Below are positions 44,871 through 51,861 of a stretch of DNA of 51,861 nt, in pieces. Each line of letters opens with the position of its first letter. The stretch's first letter is position 1. A program made the position numbers and the translations under genes. Under the pieces are notes generated by a model. That model worked only from the letters and a program-made list of their open reading frames with translations. It made no database searches and was not told the origin of the DNA. The stretch is from Candidatus Limnocylindria bacterium (lineage in GTDB: Bacteria > Chloroflexota > Limnocylindria > P2-11E), in assembly GCA_036518215.1 (NCBI GenBank), contig DATDNP010000083.1, positions 1 through 51,861 of the forward strand, read 5' to 3'.

Positions 44871-45872
44871 CTATTGGAGGATGGCCGCGGTCGCCGCGAG
44901 CTCGCTCTCCGAGCCCATCGCGACGACGAGGTCGCCGTCCTCGATGCGCAGCGCGTCCTCCGGGTCGACGTGGAGCGCGCCGTCGCTGCGCCGCACGGCG
45001 AGGAGCCGCGCACGGCCGCGGTCGAGGAGGCCCGCCTCGCGAAGCGTGCGTCCGCGCGCCGCGCAGGTCTGGCCGACGATGATCTCCTCGATGCCGATCG
45101 TGCTCTCGCCGTGCTGCAGCGTCTCGATGACGTCCACGACCGATGGGCGGATCGCGAGCTGCGCCATGAGCCGGCCCGCCATGCCGTACGGCGATACGAC
45201 GCGGTTCGCCCCGGCGAGCTCGAGCCGCCGCTGCGATCCGGGTTGGCTCGCGCGCGCGGTGATGTGGAGCTCGGGGTTCAGCGCGCGCGCCGAGAGCGTG
45301 ATGTACACGACACGCTCGTCCGAGTCGACGACCGCGAGCAGTCCCTTCGCGTGCTCGATGCCCGCCGCCGTGAGCACATCCTCGGATGCGGCGTCGCCCT
45401 CGACGAAGCGGCGACCCTCGCGACGAAGGCGCGCGAGCGGCTCGGGATTCACCTCGACGACGACATACGGGACGTGCTGCCGCTCGAACTCGTTCGCGAT
45501 CTGCGTCCCGATGCGGCCGTAGCCGCAGATGATGAAGTGCCCGCGCTGCGCGCCGATCTCGCTCATCATTCGTCGCTGCCTCCGGTACGCCCCGAATCGC
45601 CCCTCCGCGACGGTCTCCGCGATCACCCCGAACGTGTAGAGGATCGCGCCCGTGCCGCCGAGGATGAGCGTCATGGTGAAGATGCGTCCCGCCGTCGAGA
45701 GCGGATGGACCTCGCCGAAGCCGACCGTCGCGATCGTCGTCAGCGCCATGTAGAGGGCGTCGATGCCGCTCCAGCCCTCGATGAGCATGTATCCGGCGGT
45801 GCCGTAGACGAGCGCGACGACGACCAGAAGAACGGAGAGCTGGAACCGGCGGAGGGGGTTCTCGACCTCCAC
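44871..45872 (-). CDS. Two-TM potassium channel with RCK (TrkA-N/TrkA-C) domains
   Basis: Pore TIATVGFGE, HFIICGYGRIG, GDAASEDVL and TrkA-C C-terminus. TACGCT lies 7 nt before GTG 45872. Confidence 0.93.
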   Translation of the reverse strand: MEVENPLRRFQLSVLLVVVALVYGTAGYMLIEGWSGIDALYMALTTIATVGFGEVHPLSTAGRIFTMTLILGGTGAILYTFGVIAETVAEGRFGAYRRQRRMMSEIGAQRGHFIICGYGRIGTQIANEFERQHVPYVVVEVNPEPLARLRREGRRFVEGDAASEDVLTAAGIEHAKGLLAVVDSDERVVYITLSARALNPELHITARASQPGSQRRLELAGANRVVSPYGMAGRLMAQLAIRPSVVDVIETLQHGESTIGIEEIIVGQTCAARGRTLREAGLLDRGRARLLAVRRSDGALHVDPEDALRIEDGDLVVAMGSESELAATAAILQ

Positions 45873-45909
45873 GGCGCGAAGCGTACGCGCCGCGTCCACG
45901 GAAATGGTG

Positions 45910-46782
45910 TTAGCGGGCGGCGAGCGCCTTCTTCACGAGCGCGGGGATCTCGCTCGGCGCGTTCGCGACGGGGATGCCCGCGGCCTCGAACGCCTTCACC
46001 TTCGACTCGGCCGTGCCCTGGTTGCCGGAGACGATCGCGCCGGCGTGACCCATGCGCTTCCCGGCCGGCGCGCTGCGGCCCGCGATGAACGCGACCGCAG
46101 GCTTCTTGCCGAACGCGCGCATGTACTCGGCGCTGTGTTCTTCCGCCGCGCCGCCGATCTCGCCGACGATGACGATGACCTCGGTCGCGGGATCTTCGTT
46201 CAGCAGACGCACCGCTTCCGGCGTCGGTAACCCGATGACCGGGTCGCCGCCGATGCCGAGGCACGTCGTCTGACCGAGACCGGCGCGTGACAGCGCGTCC
46301 GCGATCTCATACGTGAGCGTGCCGGAGCGCGACACGAAGCCCACCGGACCGGGCGTGAAGTTCTCCGCGGGCATGATGCCGAGCTTGCATTCGCCGGGTG
46401 TGATCGCGCCCGGGCAGTTCGGTCCGATGAGCGTCGTCGCGGAGCGCTCGAGGACGCTCGTCACCTTCAGCATGTCCTGGACGGCGATGCCTTCGGTGAT
46501 GCACACGACGAGCGAGAGCTCGGCGTCGATCGCCTCGAGCATCGCGTCCATCGCGCCGCCGGCCGGTACGAAGATGATCGACGCGTTCGCGCCGGTCGCG
46601 TCGACGGCCTGCGCGACGGTGTCGAAGAGCGGGATGCCCTCGATGCTCGTGCCGCCGGCACCGGGCTTCGTGCCGCCGACGACCTTCGTGCCGTACTCCT
46701 TCATCCGCGTCGCGTGGAACGTGCCCTCGCGGCCCATGCCCTGGACGAGGACCTTCGTCGTCTTCCCGAGGAGGACGGCCAT
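45910..46782 (-). CDS. sucD: Succinyl-CoA synthetase alpha subunit
   Basis: VLVQG, IFVPA, CITEGI, IGPNCPG, SRSGTLTYE, GIGGDP and KRMGHAGAI. Confidence 0.97.
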   Translation of the reverse strand: MAVLLGKTTKVLVQGMGREGTFHATRMKEYGTKVVGGTKPGAGGTSIEGIPLFDTVAQAVDATGANASIIFVPAGGAMDAMLEAIDAELSLVVCITEGIAVQDMLKVTSVLERSATTLIGPNCPGAITPGECKLGIMPAENFTPGPVGFVSRSGTLTYEIADALSRAGLGQTTCLGIGGDPVIGLPTPEAVRLLNEDPATEVIVIVGEIGGAAEEHSAEYMRAFGKKPAVAFIAGRSAPAGKRMGHAGAIVSGNQGTAESKVKAFEAAGIPVANAPSEIPALVKKALAAR

Positions 46783-47921
46783 TAGCGCGATCCCTTCGCG
46801 AGACGCACGGCCTCGGCGGCTGCCTCGTCCATCGTGGCGCGCGACTCGAGCGGGGCGCCCACGAGCAGCTTGCGGCCCGCCTCAGCCTCGGTGCCGGAGA
46901 GACGGATCACGAGCGGCACCTCCGGCGGATGCTGCGCGATGACCGAGAGGATCCCCTTCGCGACCTCGTCGCCGCGCGTGATGCCGCCGAAGATGTTGAT
47001 GAGCACGCTCTTCACGTTCTTGTTCGCGAGCACGATCTCGAGCGCGGCCTTCACGACGGCTTCCTTCGCGCCGCCGCCCACGTCGAGGAAGTTCGCGGCG
47101 CGGCCACCGGCGTTGCGCACGGCGTCGAGCGTGCCCATGACGAGACCGGCGCCGTTGCCGATGATGCCGACGTCCCCATCGAGCTGGACGTAGCTGAAGC
47201 CGAGCGCGCGGGCGCGCTCCTCGACCTCCTCGTCGGGGCTCACTTCCTTCCAGTCGCGCAGCTCGGGCTGACGGAACAGCGCGTTGTCGTCGATGTCGAG
47301 CTTCGCGTCGCCCGCGAGGACCGAGCCGTCGGTCTGGATGAAGAGCGGGTTGATCTCGATGAGCATCGCATCGGTCTTCGCGTACACGCCGTACAGCCGC
47401 TGCGCGATGTCGGTGACCGCGTTGCGCTGCTCCGCCGGCACGCCGGCGTCGAAGCAGAGCGCGCGGGCCTGATACGGCAGGAGGCCGAGCACCGGATCGG
47501 GCCATCCGCGGGCGATCTTCTCCGGCGTCGTCGCGGCGACCTCTTCGATGTCCATGCCGCCGACGGTCGAGAGCATGACGACGGCACGGCGGCGATCGCG
47601 GTCGAGGGTGATGCCGAGATAGAGCTCCTTCGCGATCTGCGCGCCGCGCTCGACGTACACCTTGCGCACGCGGAGTCCCTTGATCTGCATGTGGAGGATC
47701 GCCTTCGCGTGCTCGCCGGCCTCGGCCGGCGTCTTCGCGACCTTGATGCCCCCGGCCTTGCCGCGTCCGCCCGCGTGGACCTGCGCCTTCACGACGACGG
47801 TGCCGCCGAGCGCGCGCGCGGCGGCCTCGGCCTCTTCGGGGGTCGTGGCGATCCGGCCTTCGGGTACGGGGATGCCGGCGCGCGCGAGCAGTTGTTTGGC
47901 CTGGTACTCGTGCAGCTTCAT
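46782..47921 (-). CDS. sucC: Succinyl-CoA synthetase beta subunit
   Basis: MKLHEYQAK, VKAQVHAGGRGKAGG, GGMDIEEVA, EINPL, DAKLDIDDNALFRQ, GNGAGL, NFLDVGGG and INIFGGITRGD. Confidence 0.98.
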   Translation of the reverse strand: MKLHEYQAKQLLARAGIPVPEGRIATTPEEAEAAARALGGTVVVKAQVHAGGRGKAGGIKVAKTPAEAGEHAKAILHMQIKGLRVRKVYVERGAQIAKELYLGITLDRDRRRAVVMLSTVGGMDIEEVAATTPEKIARGWPDPVLGLLPYQARALCFDAGVPAEQRNAVTDIAQRLYGVYAKTDAMLIEINPLFIQTDGSVLAGDAKLDIDDNALFRQPELRDWKEVSPDEEVEERARALGFSYVQLDGDVGIIGNGAGLVMGTLDAVRNAGGRAANFLDVGGGAKEAVVKAALEIVLANKNVKSVLINIFGGITRGDEVAKGILSVIAQHPPEVPLVIRLSGTEAEAGRKLLVGAPLESRATMDEAAAEAVRLAKGSR

Positions 47922-47985
47922 CGTCGCTTCGCGCCGATGAAGACAACACCCTCTTTTCGCAGGGGCTCTGCCCCTGCCACCCCGG
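47918..47985 (-). repeat. Bipartite palindromic leader cassette, copy 2 (sucC)
   Basis: Same two blocks as 17233-17299, with a 17-nt rather than 16-nt variable spacer. Again includes the start codon. Confidence 0.9.
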
Positions 47986-48060
47986 CAGGGTCGTGGCGGA
48001 CGTGGAGCGCTGAGGTCTGCAAGGCGTTCACCGGGTCAGCCCGAGGATATCGTCGCGCGC

Positions 48061-48639
48061 GTGGACGTGCCTCGGGCACGGATGCGACGCGTCTCGGTCG
48101 TGGGCTCGACCGGGAGCGGGAAGACGACGCTCGGACGCGAGCTCGCCGCGATCCTCGGAGTCCCGCACGTCGAGCTCGACGCGCTGAACTGGGGAGCGGG
48201 CTGGACGATGGTGCCCGCGACGACGTTCCAGCAGCGCGTCCGCGACGCGATCTCGCGTGACGCGTGGGTCGTGGACGGCAATTACGGTGGACAGGGCGCG
48301 CGCGAGATCGTGTGGGAGTGCGCGGATACGGTCGTGTGGCTCGACTTCCCGCTCGGCGTGATCCTGGCGCGACTCTTCCGGCGGACGAACGAGCGCATCC
48401 GCTCCGGCCGCGAGCTCTGGGAGGGCACCGGAAATCGCGAGACCTTCCGAGGCGCATACCTCTCGCGCCGGTCGCTGTATCTCTGGGCGCTCAAGACCCA
48501 CCGCCGGCGGAAGCGCGAGTACGCCGCGCTCCTCGCTCTGCCCCAGTACGCGCACCTGCGGGTCCACCGCTTCACGCGGCCGGAAGACGCCGATGCATGG
48601 CTGGATGCGCAACGCGACGCCGTCGGCGAGAGTAGATAG
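48061..48639 (+). CDS. P-loop kinase, adenylate kinase/FlaR (topology modulation protein)-like
   Basis: VSVVGSTGSGKTT, VELDALNW, WVVDGNY and ADTVVWLD. TATCGT lies 7 nt before GTG. Confidence 0.85.
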   Translation: MDVPRARMRRVSVVGSTGSGKTTLGRELAAILGVPHVELDALNWGAGWTMVPATTFQQRVRDAISRDAWVVDGNYGGQGAREIVWECADTVVWLDFPLGVILARLFRRTNERIRSGRELWEGTGNRETFRGAYLSRRSLYLWALKTHRRRKREYAALLALPQYAHLRVHRFTRPEDADAWLDAQRDAVGESR

Positions 48640-48642
48640 GAC

Positions 48643-49677
48643 ATGGCAACGCTCGCGCAGCGCGCCGCGACGCCCGTCGTCCCGCGCCTCGGCGTCCGTT
48701 ACGACGCCATCGTCGTCGCGACATCGCTCTGGATGGGCGCCGGTCTCTACTGGGACGGATGGGCGCACGGCTACCGCTTGCCCGATTCCTTCTGGACGAT
48801 CTGGCACGCCGCCTTCTACTCGGGATTCGCGGCGTGCGCCGTCGCCGTCCTCGCGCCGGTCGTCATGGCGAAACCGCGGAGCGCCAGCTGGCGCGCCGCG
48901 ATCCCGGCGGGCTATGGCTATGCGGTAGCAGGCGTGCTCGTCTTCGCGGCGGGCGGCATCTTCGACGCGGTGTGGCACACGCTCTTCGGCATCGAGTTCT
49001 CGACCGACGCGCTCCTCAGCCCGAGCCACCTCCTCCTCGGGACGGGCGCCTCGCTCATCGTGAGCGCGCCGTTCGTCGCCGCGCGCCGGCGCGCGCGCAC
49101 CGATCTCGCGGGTCAGCTGCCCGCGGTGCTCTCGCTGACTCTCCTCCTCGGCGTCTTCACGTTCTTCACCCTCTTCGCCGGTCCGTACTCCGCGGTCATC
49201 GGCGGCGGCGATCGTCCGTCGGACACGACGCTCATCCGATCGATGCTCGGCGTGTATCTGTTCAGCGCGCTCATCACCGGATGCGCGCTCGTCGCGCTGC
49301 GACGCGCGGCGCTGCCGCCGGGGGCGCTCACGATCGTCGTCGGCCTCAACGGGGTCGCGATGATCCTCATGCGCGGGCACGCGACGCTCGCGACCCAGCT
49401 CACCTTCTCGCTGGTGGCGATCGCCGCGGGGGCGGTCGGCGACGTCCTCGTGTGGCGGCTCCGGCTCCGTCCCTCGCTCGATCGCACCGTCGCGCTGCGC
49501 ATCTTCTCGTTCGCGTTCCCGGCGGCGTACTGGGCGCTCTACCTCATGGTCGTCGCGCTCGGCGTCGGCACCCGGTGGACCGTCCACGAGCTCGCCGGCA
49601 TCGTCTTCGTCTCCGGTGCGATCGGGCTCCTCACCAGCTTCGTGTTCTCGGCGGGCTCAGCCGGCGAAGCCGCGTAG
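48643..49677 (+). CDS. Polytopic membrane protein of unknown function with several His-containing motifs
   Basis: About 9 hydrophobic helices. WDGWAHG, WHAAFYSG, FDAVWHTLFG and LLSPSHLL. Confidence 0.8.
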   Translation: MATLAQRAATPVVPRLGVRYDAIVVATSLWMGAGLYWDGWAHGYRLPDSFWTIWHAAFYSGFAACAVAVLAPVVMAKPRSASWRAAIPAGYGYAVAGVLVFAAGGIFDAVWHTLFGIEFSTDALLSPSHLLLGTGASLIVSAPFVAARRRARTDLAGQLPAVLSLTLLLGVFTFFTLFAGPYSAVIGGGDRPSDTTLIRSMLGVYLFSALITGCALVALRRAALPPGALTIVVGLNGVAMILMRGHATLATQLTFSLVAIAAGAVGDVLVWRLRLRPSLDRTVALRIFSFAFPAAYWALYLMVVALGVGTRWTVHELAGIVFVSGAIGLLTSFVFSAGSAGEAA

Positions 49678-50136
49678 CGCGTCGGCGCTGGCGCGCTCGA
49701 CCTCGCGGATGAGCGCGCGCGGATCGGCGAGCGCCTCGAGCGCGCGAGCGATCGCGGCGCGATGGCCGGGTGCGAGATCCGGCGGCAGCTCGTCCTCGTC
49801 GAGCACTGTCGTCGCGCCGCCCGGCATGACGAGCACGTCGACGGTGAGATCGGTGTATGCGACGACGGCGGGGTCGATCGTCGTCGCCGTCGCGACGTTG
49901 CAGTAGTAGGCGAGCGTCCGGCCGCCGCTGAGCCAGTGGTAGACGTTGTACGGCCGGTCGACCCAGTAGTGGCCGACCGTCACCGTACCCGCGACGACCC
50001 GCACGGGCGTGCCGGCAATGGCCCACTCGCGATCGCTCACATAGCGCAGGACCGCCCGGCGCCCGGGCTCGACGACGAGCGGTGCGCACGCGAATTCGGC
50101 CACCGAACCGTCAAGCCGGGTCTTGCGCTCGATCAT
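49657..50136 (-). CDS. DUF402 domain protein
   Basis: YWVDRPYNVYHW, YYCNVA, YTDLTVDVLV and LDEDEL. Confidence 0.85.
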   Translation of the reverse strand: MIERKTRLDGSVAEFACAPLVVEPGRRAVLRYVSDREWAIAGTPVRVVAGTVTVGHYWVDRPYNVYHWLSGGRTLAYYCNVATATTIDPAVVAYTDLTVDVLVMPGGATTVLDEDELPPDLAPGHRAAIARALEALADPRALIREVERASADALRGFAG

Positions 50137-50188
50137 GTCCGTCCTGAGTTTGACGCGGCACTACGCGTCGGTAGCATGACGGCACCGG

Positions 50189-51861
50189 ATGAAAGAGCTC
50201 TACCAGGTCGTGGAAGTGGGCCCCGCCTGGTATCAGGAGAACATTCCCTGCCAGGAAGCGTGCCCCGTCCGGACCAACTGCCGCGGCTACCTGAACCTGA
50301 CGGCCGCCGGCGAGTTCGAGAAGGGCTGGGAGCTGGCGCTCGACCCCAATCCGATGGCCTCCATCTGCGGCTCGGTGTGCGCCGCGCCCTGCGAGACGGC
50401 GTGCCGCCGGAAAGAGGTCGACAAGCCCCTTTCGATCCGGTACGTGAAGAAGTTCCTCTCGGACTGGACGCACGACAACGTTGCCGTGAACGGACGCTCG
50501 TACACGCAGCCGGCCCCGCCGGTCTTCGGGCCGCCGCAGGGCACGGTCGCGATCATCGGCGCCGGCTGCGCCGGTCTTGCCGCGGCGAGCGACCTCGCGA
50601 AGCTCGGGTTCGGCGTCACGGTCTACGACGCGCTCGATCAGGCCGGGGGCACGGCGCTCGCCGGCGTGCCGCCGTTCCGCCTGCCGCGCGAGGTCATCGA
50701 CCGCGACATCAACGGGATCGTGAACGAGAACGTGCAGCTGCGGCTCTCGACGTTCGTCGGACGCGACGTCACGCTGCGCCAGCTCCACGACGAGCACGAT
50801 GCCGTCCTCGTGACGGCGGGCTGCTTCGAGCCGAACTACCCCGGCATCCCCGGTGAGGACTCCGCGGGCGTCATGGCCGGCATCGTGTTCCTCGAGCGCG
50901 CCTATCGCGGCCGGCCGGTCGAGGTCGGGAAGCGCGTCGTCGTCCTCGGCGGTGGCTACACCGCGATGGACTGCGCGTCGACGTCGTGGCGTCTCGGTGC
51001 GGACGAGGTCTACATCGTGTACCGCCGCTCGCGAGACGAGATGGTCGTCGACGAGGAAGAGCTCGGCGAGACCGAGCGCGAGGGCATGCAGTTCGTGTAT
51101 CTCGCATCGCCGGTCGAGGTCCTCGCCGACGCGAGCGGCCACGTCCGCGGCGTGAAGTTCGTCCGGAACAAGCTCGGCGAGCCGGACAAGAGCGGGCGGC
51201 GCAGCCCCGAGCCGATCGAAGGGTCGGAGTTCGAGATCCCGTGCGACACCGTGCTCCTCGCGCTCGGGCAGTCGCCCGACACGACGTTCCTCGCGGACTT
51301 CCCGGAGTTCCGTGTGAAACGCTGGCGCGACGTGAAGGTCGACCCCGATACGTATCAGACGGCGCTGCCGAAGATCTTCATGGCCGGCGACTACCGGACC
51401 GGCCCGACGACGATCATCGAGGCGGTCGCGGATGGCCGCGGCGCCGCGCAGCAGATCGCGCGCTTCCTCGACCCGCTCGCGCTCTCGGTGAACGTTCCCG
51501 AGTACCACGAGATCGTGACGCTCCGCCGATCGAGCACGCCGGACAACGTGGGCCAGATCGCGGGCGAGGGTGAGCTCGCCCGGATCTACCACAACATGTC
51601 GGTGGACTACGACCGCATCCCGCGCCAGGAGATGCCAAAGCTCGCCAAGAAGGACCGGCGCGGCCTCTTCCTCGAGGTGAACCAGGGCTACACCGAGGCG
51701 CAGGCGATCGCGGAGAGCGACCGCTGCCTCAAGTGCAACTTCAACATCGAGATCATCGGCGAGCTGTGCATCATCTGCGGCGGCTGCGTCGACGTGTGCC
51801 CGATGGACGTCATCCACATGGTCGACATGAGCGACATCGTCGACGACGGCGCGATCCCGGG
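50189..51861 (+). CDS. GltD/NfnB/DsrL-like FAD/NAD(P)-dependent oxidoreductase with N- and C-terminal 4Fe-4S domains, 3'-partial (not in the ORF track)
   Basis: Read by hand: IPCQEACP...ICGSVCAAPCETACRR, IIGAGCAG, VVVLGGGYTAMDC, YRRS, FMAGD, RCLKC and CIICGGCVDVCP. No stop codon before the window end. Confidence 0.92.
   Translation, partial: MKELYQVVEVGPAWYQENIPCQEACPVRTNCRGYLNLTAAGEFEKGWELALDPNPMASICGSVCAAPCETACRRKEVDKPLSIRYVKKFLSDWTHDNVAVNGRSYTQPAPPVFGPPQGTVAIIGAGCAGLAAASDLAKLGFGVTVYDALDQAGGTALAGVPPFRLPREVIDRDINGIVNENVQLRLSTFVGRDVTLRQLHDEHDAVLVTAGCFEPNYPGIPGEDSAGVMAGIVFLERAYRGRPVEVGKRVVVLGGGYTAMDCASTSWRLGADEVYIVYRRSRDEMVVDEEELGETEREGMQFVYLASPVEVLADASGHVRGVKFVRNKLGEPDKSGRRSPEPIEGSEFEIPCDTVLLALGQSPDTTFLADFPEFRVKRWRDVKVDPDTYQTALPKIFMAGDYRTGPTTIIEAVADGRGAAQQIARFLDPLALSVNVPEYHEIVTLRRSSTPDNVGQIAGEGELARIYHNMSVDYDRIPRQEMPKLAKKDRRGLFLEVNQGYTEAQAIAESDRCLKCNFNIEIIGELCIICGGCVDVCPMDVIHMVDMSDIVDDGAIP

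Noticed and set aside
47918-48457. The full 179-aa minus-strand ORF as a real gene upstream of sucC
   Set aside because: Most of it is antisense to the P-loop kinase gene and compositionally a shadow ORF. Only its last 20-37 codons are kept as a possible uORF.

Overview
A very GC-rich, densely coded chromosomal window with no CRISPR array, tRNA/rRNA, integrase or transposase seen. Gene style suggests a Chloroflexota-like or Actinobacteria-like soil bacterium (inference). Contents in order: (1) purH(partial)-NUDIX-GIY-YIG; (2) a minus-strand trio of a Fem-like GNAT, an MshA-like glycosyltransferase and a PIG-L deacetylase; (3) glycerate kinase-glpX; (4) a one-carbon/methionine block (folD, FTCD-C cyclodeaminase/cyclohydrolase, a SAM-I riboswitch, metF, two-gene split MetE); (5) hydrolases, deoC-DEAD helicase-HIT, M50/CBS protease-MFS; (6) tupBC-like transporter-moeA-moaC-mog-psuG; (7) maf, an uncalled 50-aa basic protein, a PadR/degenerate-GGDEF fusion, a PAS-GAF kinase and rho; (8) tandem M20 amidohydrolases, a TetR-linked rifampin-phosphotransferase-like protein lacking the ATP-grasp domain, a P1 peptidase, a secreted CE4 deacetylase with three Ig-like repeats, and citrate synthase; (9) Ig-like protein, Na/Pi cotransporter, DUF72, ICMT-like protein, CPA2, K+ channel, sucCD, and a truncated GltD-like flavo-Fe-S protein. 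The best leads are three. First, a family of short palindromic intergenic cassettes: two near-identical copies bury the deoC and sucC start codons in a hairpin and end an upstream ORF in an ATGA overlap, and a related element between moeA and moaC sits between 9-bp direct repeats and carries a 41-aa ORF. Second, a possible mycothiol-like pathway in which a Fem-type GNAT may replace MshC. Third, a promoter- and terminator-delimited ~150-nt structured RNA (6S-like RNA or attenuator) at 39.24-39.39 kb. Many start codons were re-placed by eye. All family calls come from motif recognition, not database searches.
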